IMG/VR virus record: IMGVR_UViG_3300032241_002679
Coordinates: 64,001-128,000 of that record
DNA length: 64,000 nucleotides
Direction: 5' to 3' (one strand)
Origin: a virus
Part shown: positions 31,522 through 42,136 of the stretch, one piece after another
Position numbering within the stretch: position 1 is the stretch's first letter
Layout: the number at the start of each line of letters is the position of its first letter
Position numbers and translations under genes: made by a program
Notes under the pieces: model-generated
Database searches by the model: none
Told to the model about the DNA's origin: nothing
Seen by the model: the letters and a program-made list of their open reading frames with translations, nothing else

Positions 31522-34500
31522 TTATCTAGCGCCACTAAATAACCACATATATTGTCCAGTTGGATCTTGCATATTTTTTGCTACAATTGGACTAAAATTT
31601 GGTCTTTCTGTCTGTTTTTTATATCTATTATTATTTGATACAAAACCATGTCCCTTCATTCTATCATTTATAATTTCATTAGGACTATTTGGACTAATCC
31701 AACTGCTTAACATTGCTTTTGTCTGTTTTTCAAGTCTTTCAAGATTTTTAAAAGAATGTTCCAATACCCACAAACACATTGCCATTGCAAAAATTAAATC
31801 GTCATGATAACCATCCATATGGTCTGGCCTTCCATTTTTAAATACAAACGTTTTCATTTCTGAAATCATTCTAATTGATTTAATTTTTACTAAATTATTT
31901 CTGACTTTTTCTTCGAAGTTTGATATCATCTGTAGACGTATGCTACTTACTTGAAGGCCTGGTACTTTATTATCTTTTTTAAATGTTTCCATTTGTTTTT
32001 GCTTACTTGATAATATTTTACCATTTGGAGTATCGTAATGAAGTCTCTTGTAATCAAATTCCAATAATTTTAAAACAGTAGAGACACCCATACCACCAGT
32101 AATATCCACAATTGTATAGGCCTTATATAATTCACCATATTCCTCAACTAATTGAGCCAATAAGTCTGGCTGTATTTTACCTTGATATTCCATAACTTGT
32201 TCCATGGTTGTGAAGTCCAATATTACTATTGTTGATGAATCCTCACCATCTCCACGACTTACGTCAACCCCCATGATGTATTGATGCCCCTCTTCTGGCT
32301 TCTTCCAAATCCATATTTCATTCTCACTACCATCAATAAAAAGAGGGTCCTCGACATTAAATTTTTTCTGTTCTTCAATTATTTCTTCACTAATGACATT
32401 ACCACCACTACCAATAAATGATACATCCAATTCCTGTGCGATCATTTTAGCATCATTATTCATACCACGACACATCTCCTCATACCATGAAGATGTTGGT
32501 TTATACCCATTTAATATTTTATTATTATATGACTCAAATGTAAATTCAAATTCCTCTATTATTTCATCACCCTTAATCCATTTTAAATCTTTATTATATC
32601 TCAGATCCTCATACCATTTCATTTCAATTATATTGAAATTATTTTTTTTAGCTTTAGACTGAGCATATGTCTCATAATATAACTTATCCATACCATTTGG
32701 TGTGGATATAAGGGTAGCTTTTCCTCCAGTATTATGGCTTATAATACCATTACTAATAAAAGAATTGGTTTCTGGCACATGTAAATCATAGGTATAGTTT
32801 TCAGATTTTGAAATTTCAATAATTTCATCAACATAAAAATTTTTATTAATTTCTACTTTTCTATTTATATTATCTAATATTGGATGTTTTATTTTCTCAT
32901 TAAGCTTATCAATTGCGTTATATGTTAAACGACTGTATTTTGAATTCCAAAATCTTTCTAAAAATCTAACTTTATATTTTGGAATTTTATTATCTGATAG
33001 TACAGTTTCTATCTCTCTTTTTTTAACAAAAACAAATCGTTTATTTTTAATTTTATTAATTAAAAATTTTTTCTTTTCTTGTTTTCTCTCCAATCTAAAA
33101 CCGATCTCATCATAAAATTTTATTGCGTTATTTGAATATATGTATAAATTATAAATTTCTGTTATATGTTCTTTATTTAATATAATTGAAGACTGGCTAG
33201 TTTTTTGATTTTCTTTTTTTATTCTAGAAATAATACCAAAATTTAACAATAATATTTGTAGTTTTTTAGCTAAATCATGCGATGTAGTTGAATACTTTAC
33301 TTCTTTTACTGTTGAGCAACCATCCCCATCAAATAATCCCTGTAAAAATGATTTTATAACGTTCTTACTTGATTTCAAAATACAACTTGGTATTGTTTTA
33401 TCTCTAGCATTATGTTTTTTAAACCCATAGTATTCTAGCCATGCAACTAATTTTTTTGAGCTTAAATAATAATGATATTCTCTAGACTTTTTAAACCCAC
33501 GACCTAATTTTGAGCCATCGTTAATTAGAAAATCTTGTATCTTTTTATCACCATTAGTAATTACAATTCCACCTTTCTGAAAATTACCCTCAGCAACAAA
33601 TAATCCTAATAAATAAGCAAAATCTAAATTATTATTTAAATTCGTTGGAATATTAATTTCCTTTTCGTTTATAGTTGGTTTATAATCAAAATCATATAAA
33701 AAATCGCCAAAATAGTTTTGATTATATTGTACTATTGGCATATCGCCAACCTTAAGTTCATTAAATCTAACCCATTTATTAATTTCATTATCACTAATGT
33801 ATATGGGATGTTTCCAACTACCTTCTAATTCAAGACCTAATTTTGTTTTAATTTTATAGGTTTCCCCGTATTCCGAAACAAATGTCTGGGTAACATCAGT
33901 AAGCTTTCCATACATATCACATACTTTATGCGGAGTTTCTAAAGTTGTAAAACCAATTTGTTTTTTTTCTTTAACCAATTCATCTAATTCTATTAACCCC
34001 TCCTTTGTTAAGATTAATGATTCTTTAGTTAAACAACCTAAAGCAGTCAGAGCAGCACCAAATACAATAGCCCCGTTATCAATATAGGCGGCTTCATCCA
34101 TTACTAGATATGTCGGTGTAAAACCACGAAGAGCATCCTTTGATGTAGCAACGGCTTTAATTCTACTACCATTTGGTAATCTAATTTCTTTTTTAGAATC
34201 AGTGATAAAAATTGTTTTTTCCTCATTACGACTATTGCCATAATATTCTGGCCCCCATACCCAACGTGGAAGTTGTGATACAAAATCTTTAATTTTAGCT
34301 AAAAATTCAAAAGCTAGTTCTTGTTTATTGGCAATAATTAGAACAGCTTCAGGATTTTCATCATCTGCAAATGCCGCTTTTATAGCGAGATATGCAGCGG
34401 TTGTTGTAGATACACCAGCTTGACGTGGTTTTGTAATTAAATTAAAACGTTCTTTTTCGTATGAAAAAATAATTTCTTTTTGTCTTGGAAATAGTTTAAA

Positions 34501-34614
34501 AGGTACAAATCCTTCTTGTGTTTTGTCAAATGTCTCTAAATAAGTCTCAATTGCATAAATTGGACTGGATAAACATTTGGCGTATTCTCTTATTATTTCC
34601 TCTCTAGTGAGCAT
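31522..34614 (-). CDS. gp17: terminase large subunit (intein-containing)
   Basis: KPRQAGVST, VMDEAA, ISTPNG, GVDVSRG, HDDLIFA. Confidence 0.95.
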   Translation of the reverse strand: MLTREEIIREYAKCLSSPIYAIETYLETFDKTQEGFVPFKLFPRQKEIIFSYEKERFNLITKPRQAGVSTTTAAYLAIKAAFADDENPEAVLIIANKQELAFEFLAKIKDFVSQLPRWVWGPEYYGNSRNEEKTIFITDSKKEIRLPNGSRIKAVATSKDALRGFTPTYLVMDEAAYIDNGAIVFGAALTALGCLTKESLILTKEGLIELDELVKEKKQIGFTTLETPHKVCDMYGKLTDVTQTFVSEYGETYKIKTKLGLELEGSWKHPIYISDNEINKWVRFNELKVGDMPIVQYNQNYFGDFLYDFDYKPTINEKEINIPTNLNNNLDFAYLLGLFVAEGNFQKGGIVITNGDKKIQDFLINDGSKLGRGFKKSREYHYYLSSKKLVAWLEYYGFKKHNARDKTIPSCILKSSKNVIKSFLQGLFDGDGCSTVKEVKYSTTSHDLAKKLQILLLNFGIISRIKKENQKTSQSSIILNKEHITEIYNLYIYSNNAIKFYDEIGFRLERKQEKKKFLINKIKNKRFVFVKKREIETVLSDNKIPKYKVRFLERFWNSKYSRLTYNAIDKLNEKIKHPILDNINRKVEINKNFYVDEIIEISKSENYTYDLHVPETNSFISNGIISHNTGGKATLISTPNGMDKLYYETYAQSKAKKNNFNIIEMKWYEDLRYNKDLKWIKGDEIIEEFEFTFESYNNKILNGYKPTSSWYEEMCRGMNNDAKMIAQELDVSFIGSGGNVISEEIIEEQKKFNVEDPLFIDGSENEIWIWKKPEEGHQYIMGVDVSRGDGEDSSTIVILDFTTMEQVMEYQGKIQPDLLAQLVEEYGELYKAYTIVDITGGMGVSTVLKLLEFDYKRLHYDTPNGKILSSKQKQMETFKKDNKVPGLQVSSIRLQMISNFEEKVRNNLVKIKSIRMISEMKTFVFKNGRPDHMDGYHDDLIFAMAMCLWVLEHSFKNLERLEKQTKAMLSSWISPNSPNEIINDRMKGHGFVSNNNRYKKQTERPNFSPIVAKNMQDPTGQYMWLFSGAR
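32731..34035 (-). mobile_element. intein with LAGLIDADG endonuclease (435 aa) in terminase
   Basis: ALG|CLTKE...LLGLFVAEG...FLQGLFDGDG...SHN|T. Confidence 0.95.
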
Positions 34615-34665
34615 ATTTTTTTCTTTATAAATATGCTGTGAGCGAATTAAAACCTATTTTAATGT

Positions 34666-35682
34666 TTATTTAAAGTAATCACACCAAATATTCTTAGCTT
34701 GATCAGAAATATTAATAAGATTTTTTTTGTTTAATTTTTGTAAATTAGTTATTTTAAAATAATTTGCAAATCTTAATTTATCCATAATATCATTGCTATC
34801 TGTTGCATCCGCTTTATAAAAATAATTTAACCAAGATATCTCTTTTGAGCCAATAACTGGAATATTTTGATTTACAAAATCTGCTGCTACAATATTAAAT
34901 GTTTCATTAAAAGACACTTGTAAACCTAAATCCATTTGACGAATAAGTAATATAAATTCATCATGATTTAACCAAGAATGCTCTATTAATTTATGTACTT
35001 TTTGATTTTCAAATAAAGCTTTTATGTTAATTAAAACTGAGTCACCTCTTTCAATTCTACTAGAATTTATATGAAAATGAATTTCTTTATTAATTTTATT
35101 ACCAAAATCTATAGCAGCTATAGCTTGAATTAATTGGTTTTTCATTGGTCTAATAGCACCAAAACATCCAATGTCAATATGATTTTTTTCATTAAAAGAA
35201 TAGCAATTTTTTTTATCAACTGGATAATAATTAGGCATATAAACTACATGGTTAATTCCAATTTTATTCAAGTCATCTAACATTTTTTCTGAATTAACAG
35301 CAATCTTTATTTTATTGTAAGCCATTGAATTATATTTAAATAACCAATCAATTGCAATACTCTCATTTGAAATAAATGGAATTTCGGAATGAAGTCTTAT
35401 ATACCATTTGACATTTGGGTGTAATGTATGTAGTATATCAAATTTTTCAGGAACAACCCAAAGTGCCTCAATAATTACATCTGTCGGTTTATAATTATAT
35501 ACTTCCCTATCAATATCATTATTGTCATTAACTTGCACTAATTTAGATTCAATACCATTTTGATTTAACATATCATTGACAAATAATGCGCTATTATATA
35601 GTCCTGAAGAAAATACTTCTTCATTCGGCATATCATATACTCTTCTTTTTTTAAGTATAAATAAAATTTTATGTTCAGACAT
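34666..35682 (-). CDS. GT-B glycosyltransferase
   Basis: GCFGAIRPMKN, SFNETFNIVAAD. Confidence 0.75.
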   Translation of the reverse strand: MSEHKILFILKKRRVYDMPNEEVFSSGLYNSALFVNDMLNQNGIESKLVQVNDNNDIDREVYNYKPTDVIIEALWVVPEKFDILHTLHPNVKWYIRLHSEIPFISNESIAIDWLFKYNSMAYNKIKIAVNSEKMLDDLNKIGINHVVYMPNYYPVDKKNCYSFNEKNHIDIGCFGAIRPMKNQLIQAIAAIDFGNKINKEIHFHINSSRIERGDSVLINIKALFENQKVHKLIEHSWLNHDEFILLIRQMDLGLQVSFNETFNIVAADFVNQNIPVIGSKEISWLNYFYKADATDSNDIMDKLRFANYFKITNLQKLNKKNLINISDQAKNIWCDYFK

Positions 35683-35744
35683 AATGTAGTTTTTAAATAA
35701 ATATAATGTCTAAACATAATTGTAATTAATAATTGGTTAATAAT

Positions 35745-35772
35745 AAAAAAAACCACTCATCTGAGTGGTTTT
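35745..35772 (-). terminator. intrinsic terminator
   Basis: aaaaccactca-tc-tgagtggtttt. Confidence 0.75.
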
Positions 35773-35798
35773 ATATTTAAAAATAATTTATATTTTAA

Positions 35799-36989
35799 TT
35801 ATAGAAATTCTTCTGAATCTTCTATGTTATCATTAGTTTCATTCATAGCATTATTAAATTCTTCATTCTGAATATCACGATTGACATCTTGAATAATTTC
35901 CTTCACAATATTTTTACCCTTTTTAGTACCAGCCATAATTTCTTTCATCTGACGATGAAATTCTTTAGCTGGCAATTTTGCTAATTCTGAATATACATGA
36001 TGTTTAAGAGGAAAATCATCTGGATCAAAAGCATCTGTAAATTTACCCCAAATAGCTGGACCAAGTCTCATATCCCATGGCTCAGCAGCTAAAAAATCAG
36101 CCTTATTTGTTATATAATTAGCTAATTTTGGATCTTGTGGTAAACCATGCGCTGATAATAATTCCATTACTCCTTTAACTATTTCATGTATTAACACTGG
36201 AAATACCATGGCTTGTGCATGTATAACAGCCTTTGGATTTTTTTTATTTGGATATTCAACCTTTACTACACCACCAGTAATACCATTATCTATTTTTGGA
36301 ATGACATAATACATATAATCAGCAGCTGACATCATTTTATTATATCTATTAGGCAAACGAGGATCTAAATTTAACAATTCTTCATCAACCATATGAAACA
36401 TATGATTACACTTTTTCGCAGCACCCTGTGTCATTGCATTTAGGAATCTTCTTTTATATACTTCTTCATTAGCGTTTGATATATCATCATGGCTATTAAA
36501 TTCCATATTATCAACTTGTACTGGTCTTGGATTCTTTTTAGCGCCTTCAAGACTAATTTTAGGCGTTAATTCAGCTATAATTTCTACGACATCCTCACTC
36601 ATATCATATTCTTCTCTTACCATCTTAATAGCTAATTCTTCTAAAGCTTTTTTATGTTTTTCTTCAGCCGCCATTGTTTCATATACTAATGGCATCATTT
36701 CTGAAACCAATTTTTGATTATCAATTTTATCAACATCAAAAGCTCTTTTATATCTATTTGCTACTTCACTAAAACGCTGGCCCATAATCTTTTCTTCAAA
36801 AGAACATTCATCACCCTCAGGTATAGCTGGATGTTTACCCAAAGAATGCGTTTGATTTTTTAAATCTTCTTCTAAAGCTGGATGCATCCTTTCACTTATA
36901 TTTTCTGGATATAAAACATTTTCTTTCAATATTCTTTTAATATTGACTTTGTTTAATGCTTTTTCCGCTAATTTTTTATAATCACTCAT
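35799..36989 (-). CDS. hypothetical protein (head module)
   Basis: 396 aa; leader ends RILKE. Confidence 0.7.
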   Translation of the reverse strand: MSDYKKLAEKALNKVNIKRILKENVLYPENISERMHPALEEDLKNQTHSLGKHPAIPEGDECSFEEKIMGQRFSEVANRYKRAFDVDKIDNQKLVSEMMPLVYETMAAEEKHKKALEELAIKMVREEYDMSEDVVEIIAELTPKISLEGAKKNPRPVQVDNMEFNSHDDISNANEEVYKRRFLNAMTQGAAKKCNHMFHMVDEELLNLDPRLPNRYNKMMSAADYMYYVIPKIDNGITGGVVKVEYPNKKNPKAVIHAQAMVFPVLIHEIVKGVMELLSAHGLPQDPKLANYITNKADFLAAEPWDMRLGPAIWGKFTDAFDPDDFPLKHHVYSELAKLPAKEFHRQMKEIMAGTKKGKNIVKEIIQDVNRDIQNEEFNNAMNETNDNIEDSEEFL

Positions 36990-36990
36990 A

Positions 36991-38070
36991 TTATTTTATG
37001 TCTTTTTTCTTAATTTTTTTTATAATACGAACATTTTCAGTCACTGGAGCTGCTGGAGCTGGTGTAGTAGCTGGGGCCGTATTAGTTGGTGTAGCTGGTT
37101 TACTAGTTGGTTGTTTAGCTAAACCTCTAACTGTATTTATAATATCATTTAGTTTATCAGCAGGAACACCAACTTTTTTAATAAAATCAATAATGGCAAA
37201 TTTTTGAGCATTAGGATTTTGTTTTATATTGTCAAATGTATTAGAGGGTAATGCTCTATCTATTAACCCCATCATATGTGTTACAGCTGAAGGTTCACTA
37301 GTTTGAGTAGTAGCCGCTGGTGCTGGTGCTGCTGGTGCTTCTTTTATATTTCTTTTACCGAATAAAGACTCATCAAGATATTTTTTGAATTCTTTTATGC
37401 CCATATATTTTTCATTCCCATCCATTTTAGCTTTTGCTAATTCTTCTATTGATTTAAATTTTTTTATTTTACCACTATTTAAATTTACAATAAAATGTTT
37501 ACAACCCTTAAAAAATTCTGCCTTATTAATATCTTCTTTATCTTTATTTTCTTCCTTTTCTTCTTTATTTTTTTCTTTGGTTTCTTCTTTTTTAGATTTC
37601 TCTTCTTTTTCTGATTCTTCAATAGCTTTTTTAGCTACGTTTTCTTCAAATTCTTTTAAATCATAAATTATATTTTTACCATTTTCATCTCTCTCATCTA
37701 AAGAATAAACAGCGGTTACTTTTTTTCTTTCTGGTGTAATCGCCCTACATATTTGATATTGTTTACCATTAATAGTAAATGGCTGTGATATTTTATTAGT
37801 TTTTGCATCTTTAACCTCAGAAAGATACGTAAAATTAGATGGTTTTAAAACGCTTTTTAAATCTGTCTTAATTTCTTTTTCCTCTTTTTGTACCATAATT
37901 TGAGCATCTGTGCCTTTTAATTTGGCTGCAGTGTCTTTTAATTTATTTTGTGGTACAACAACAGTTGGATGTTTACCAGAAGAACCAGTAGTAGTGGTAT
38001 TTGATGTATCATAACTAGTGATACCTTGACTTAACGCACCTTCTTTAATTTTATTTTTCTTGTTTTTCAT
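36991..38070 (-). CDS. hypothetical Lys/Glu-rich protein with Pro/Ala linkers
   Basis: ORF with multiple IxE/LxE sites. Confidence 0.7.
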   Translation of the reverse strand: MKNKKNKIKEGALSQGITSYDTSNTTTTGSSGKHPTVVVPQNKLKDTAAKLKGTDAQIMVQKEEKEIKTDLKSVLKPSNFTYLSEVKDAKTNKISQPFTINGKQYQICRAITPERKKVTAVYSLDERDENGKNIIYDLKEFEENVAKKAIEESEKEEKSKKEETKEKNKEEKEENKDKEDINKAEFFKGCKHFIVNLNSGKIKKFKSIEELAKAKMDGNEKYMGIKEFKKYLDESLFGKRNIKEAPAAPAPAATTQTSEPSAVTHMMGLIDRALPSNTFDNIKQNPNAQKFAIIDFIKKVGVPADKLNDIINTVRGLAKQPTSKPATPTNTAPATTPAPAAPVTENVRIIKKIKKKDIK

Positions 38071-38449
38071 TTTCTAATACTAAATCTTTTTCATACAGCT
38101 TATTTTGAACTTCTTCCAATGTCTCACCAAACTTAAAACATAGCCTATGTTCAGGATATGATTCATAGCTATCAGTATTTTCCCATGCTAAAGCAATCAC
38201 TCCGTCTAATGCATCCCATACAGCAAACGTATCACTATTTTGAACTACATCTAACTTTATTTCCGATTTTAATACTAAAGCTTTTTTAATAAATATATCA
38301 TGTGGTGGTTCAGGACGAGTAGATGCTGGGAATGAATCCCAGTTTTCGCCATCAATATTTTTTGTTGTATCAGAAAAAAGAAATTCATAAATAAAATTTC
38401 CTTTATAATCTTTACCGACATAATTTACATATATTAAATATAGTTTCAT
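38051..38449 (-). CDS. hypothetical protein
   Basis: 132 aa ORF. Confidence 0.7.
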   Translation of the reverse strand: MKLYLIYVNYVGKDYKGNFIYEFLFSDTTKNIDGENWDSFPASTRPEPPHDIFIKKALVLKSEIKLDVVQNSDTFAVWDALDGVIALAWENTDSYESYPEHRLCFKFGETLEEVQNKLYEKDLVLENEKQEK

Positions 38450-38967
38450 TACTTTTTAGCTTTAGGATCTGTTTTTATGCCTGGTGTTACGTTAGGTAAA
38501 AATGGTTTATCTTTTCTACTTGGTTCTTTTACAGGCTTTATGAAAGGCTCATTTGGGCTTTTCTTTGGTTTTACTTCTGGTTTTACCTCTGGTGTCATAT
38601 TTTTTTGTTCAAATATACTATTTTTTTTTGAATTGTCAAAATTTTTACTTTCACCCATCATACCACCAATTCCGATTGAATCAATTTTTGGTGATGAATT
38701 TTGAACTAAATTTTCATGTCCTGTTCTATCCATTTGAGCTTCTAAAAAATGGCATACTTGGTCTATATCATCTTTTGCAATAGCAATATGATCTAACGCC
38801 CAATTACTATCAATTAATATTTCATCCAATTTATTTTGATCCATTTGCATAATTTTAGCAGTAGCCTCATAAATTGTTTTTATATTATTAAAAAACATAT
38901 AATTCTGTGGCCCATCTTCGTGGGTTTCAACCATTTCATGTAATTTTTTCTTAATTATATTTTTCAT
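38449..38967 (-). CDS. hypothetical protein, paralog of the N-terminus of 38973-39572
   Basis: KKLHEM...QNYMFF...WALDHIA.AK..IDQV.HFL is shared. Confidence 0.75.
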   Translation of the reverse strand: MKNIIKKKLHEMVETHEDGPQNYMFFNNIKTIYEATAKIMQMDQNKLDEILIDSNWALDHIAIAKDDIDQVCHFLEAQMDRTGHENLVQNSSPKIDSIGIGGMMGESKNFDNSKKNSIFEQKNMTPEVKPEVKPKKSPNEPFIKPVKEPSRKDKPFLPNVTPGIKTDPKAKK

Positions 38968-38972
38968 ATTTT

Positions 38973-39572
38973 TTAAACTATTTTAGATACAGGTTTACTT
39001 GACCACATTCTACATGACCAATATTTTGGTGTAGTACGATCTTTAGCCTGTGAACATTTATGTCTGGCTCTGAATGATTTTCTTCTTTCTGGATTATCTC
39101 TTTTAATTTCCATATTAGGATCGCCAAAATTTACTTTAACCACATTACCCTTTTTATTTTTAACATATACTTTAAACTTTTTAACATCACCCTTTGTTGG
39201 TTTACCCAATTTAACAGATTTACCCTTATATTCAGCTTCATTCATTACAGATTCGACACTTCCATATTCATCCTCATAACCACCCTCTGTATTACCAATT
39301 TCTGGGGATAATTCTTCAACATCATCATAGCCTACATTCGCATCTAAGAAATGATGTACTTGATCTATATTTTCTTTTGCTGATGCAATATGGTCAAGTG
39401 CCCAATTATGTCCATCTGATATTAATCTATCAACTTCAGATGGTTCTAATTTTAGAATTTCGTCAACAATTTCTTTAATTGTTTTTAAATCATTAAAGAA
39501 CATATAATTTTGTTGTTCATGAGAATGTTCATTAATCATTTCGTGTAATTTTTTTGTGATTAAGTCTTTCAT
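38973..39572 (-). CDS. hypothetical protein with basic C-terminal domain
   Basis: VKVNFGDP...RRKSFRARHKC...YWSC. Confidence 0.75.
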   Translation of the reverse strand: MKDLITKKLHEMINEHSHEQQNYMFFNDLKTIKEIVDEILKLEPSEVDRLISDGHNWALDHIASAKENIDQVHHFLDANVGYDDVEELSPEIGNTEGGYEDEYGSVESVMNEAEYKGKSVKLGKPTKGDVKKFKVYVKNKKGNVVKVNFGDPNMEIKRDNPERRKSFRARHKCSQAKDRTTPKYWSCRMWSSKPVSKIV

Positions 39573-41092
39573 ATTCCTTTTTGTTTTATTTGTTTAAGAA
39601 TGTTATAAATTTTTTTTAAATTTGGTAATGTTACAATATGATAAGCATTTAATTCTTTTAAACTAAAATTGGTGTTATCGTCATTTAATTTCGACCATAT
39701 ATCATACATTGTTTTAAACTGTGGATTTTTTTTAACGAAATCTTCAAATTTATCCACAGTAATATATCTAACGCCAGAAGGGGTAATTTTATCATGATCA
39801 ATATTTCCTTCTTTATCCATTATATTTTCAGCTTCTTCATAAGCACGTTGAAGTTCTTCTAGTGTTTGTGTATTGTAAAATCCCATAATTTTATTATAAA
39901 GAAATTTAGACGGCTGAAAAGTAATTTCTTCTTGAAAAACTGGCAAAATAAGTTCTTCAAATTTTTCAAGTTTTAATTCTGCTAATTGCTTTCTTTTCAA
40001 TTGCACCATATCTTCCGCTAAGGCTAAAATTGTTTTATCCAAATTTTTTTTGAAGCTAATTTCATCCATTTTATCAACCCAATCAAGGAAAGCTTCGTTG
40101 TTGTGTTCCTCACCAGACTTTCTAAATTTATCTTGTTCCCTATTCCAATCAAATTTATGTTCAAAAATATGTCCATAATTGTATTTAAAATTTTTCCATA
40201 AATCTTTTGGGAAAAAAGTAGAATAAATTATGCCTTCTCTAAACTCGCCTTTGTCATTTACATGAAAAGCCTCATGTAATTTTTTTGCTATAAATTTTTT
40301 TATTTCTTTGTTCTCATTAGAACTTTTTTTCCCCCAACTTTTTCCCCTACCCTTTGTACCACAAGATGCTGGCGTAGGTCTACAAGCTGGATATTTTCTT
40401 TTTTCACCTTCTTGTCTACCACATGGCTTGCATTTTTTTCTTCCAGTTTTTGGATCTTTTTTGCATGTATTGCAATCCACCCAACCACTTGAACCACTGC
40501 CACCACGTCTAGCAAACCAACCATGTAATCCTTGTTTTTTTTCTTTCGAAAAATCAGTTTTTTTTGCTTCGTCTAATGGATTTTGTATGTTTACCCTTAT
40601 TTTTTCAAAAAAATCTTCGATTTCAAAAAACTTTCCATTAATTTCATTAATTACATCATTTAATTGTTTATTTGTTAAATGGTTTTGTTTTGAAATTATT
40701 TCTTTATTATAATTATATTTATTATTTGCCATACTTTCAACAATTTTTAGAGCTAATTTAGTTGCAGTATCTGTTTCTTTACTTGGAATTTGTATAAGTT
40801 TGAAATCTAGATTAAAATAAAAAAAATAATTTTCTCTTATTTTATTTATAAGATAGGTAAATTCTATTACAGTATTTAAAATATCAAACGTTATTTTTTC
40901 ATCATTAAAATAGTATTTAATGTTTTTATTGTAAGTTACATTTTGAAAAAAAACTTTGTTTTCACCTGAAGAATCTTTGAATTTTTTTAAAAATGGAATT
41001 CTCTTGATAAAAGTCTCAGGACTAATATCAATTTTTTGCAAATCTTCATTTAAACTATGTTTTTGCATTTTTAACTTTGGGGGTTTTAACAT
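39569..41092 (-). CDS. multidomain protein with central Cys-rich basic module
   Basis: GLHGWF...WVDCNTC...KPCGR...YPACRP, flanked by LxE sites. Confidence 0.7.
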   Translation of the reverse strand: MLKPPKLKMQKHSLNEDLQKIDISPETFIKRIPFLKKFKDSSGENKVFFQNVTYNKNIKYYFNDEKITFDILNTVIEFTYLINKIRENYFFYFNLDFKLIQIPSKETDTATKLALKIVESMANNKYNYNKEIISKQNHLTNKQLNDVINEINGKFFEIEDFFEKIRVNIQNPLDEAKKTDFSKEKKQGLHGWFARRGGSGSSGWVDCNTCKKDPKTGRKKCKPCGRQEGEKRKYPACRPTPASCGTKGRGKSWGKKSSNENKEIKKFIAKKLHEAFHVNDKGEFREGIIYSTFFPKDLWKNFKYNYGHIFEHKFDWNREQDKFRKSGEEHNNEAFLDWVDKMDEISFKKNLDKTILALAEDMVQLKRKQLAELKLEKFEELILPVFQEEITFQPSKFLYNKIMGFYNTQTLEELQRAYEEAENIMDKEGNIDHDKITPSGVRYITVDKFEDFVKKNPQFKTMYDIWSKLNDDNTNFSLKELNAYHIVTLPNLKKIYNILKQIKQKGI

Positions 41093-41132
41093 TGAAATAA
41101 TTTACATTTTTAGGTTCACCATTCTCTTATAG

Positions 41133-42136
41133 TTAGATTGCATTTTCATCAACTCCTTTCCAAATTTTTCCTTGTCTGCATTTTACAACAGCACCACTAG
41201 CATAGGCTGAAGGCCATACATCATATTTTCTTTTAGCTATTCTTGTGCATCTATCATCCTTTTCATCTAATATATCATTGGAACCTTCTTGAAACATATT
41301 ATTTTTTTTCGGATTTTCTAGAAATATATCTGTTTCTTTAATATCTATTACTTTTGAATCAGATTCAATGTCTGGAATTACAATACCATTTTTTTCTAAT
41401 TTTTTAAAAAAATTTTCTAAATCTTCTTCATTTACATAATCCTCTAAACATTCAAGAAAATATTTTCTATTTTCTGCTAAATCTTTTTCATCTACGGAAT
41501 CGCTTTCATCTTCATATGTTACGAATCTAACTAATTGTTTTTTAGCTTCGCCACCATTATCATACATTTTAATTAATATTTTAGCATCCCTCTTTTTTAG
41601 AGACATTTCATTTAATGTTTGATCGGTAGTTTCATCTGAGGGTTCTTCATTATCACCATCTGGAATATTTGTAGTTTCTGTATCCCCATCATTATTCATA
41701 TCATCATTATTACCATCCTTACCAGAAGATTTTATTTTTTTAATAATATCTTTTTGATCTTTTGGATTCATTTCAGATGCATGGGTCGCTGAAATAACAG
41801 AATTAATAGCAAATTTTTCCAATTTAAAATCAGGTTGGCCCTGTTCATCAGAATATTTTCTTAATGATTGGCCTAATTTACCAGATAATTGCTCAATAAA
41901 TTTTTTGGGATCACTTTCTTCATCAGCCTCTACACCAGCATCAAACGGTTCTTTTTCAAAAGGAGATTTATTTCCTGTGTCCTGTGTATTTTGGGAATCA
42001 ACTCCGAAATCAATATCATCAGATGGTTCTTGTGGAGCTGGTTTCTCAGTGGCTTGTGGTTCTGGAGCTGGAGCTGGGGCAGGTTTGCTGCCCAGCTTCA
42101 ACTTATATTTTGCTTCGTCTATCTTATCGAATAGAC
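41133..42136 (-). CDS. C-terminal part of a probable -1 frameshift fusion with 42119-43198
   Basis: No nearby ATG; frame is open back to the A9 run at 42137-42145; WPSAYASG module. Confidence 0.65.

Noticed and set aside
41057-41132. Possible readthrough after the 41133 stop (ENGEPKNVNY...)
   Set aside because: Two TAA codons intervene and the extension does not join the next ORF frame.
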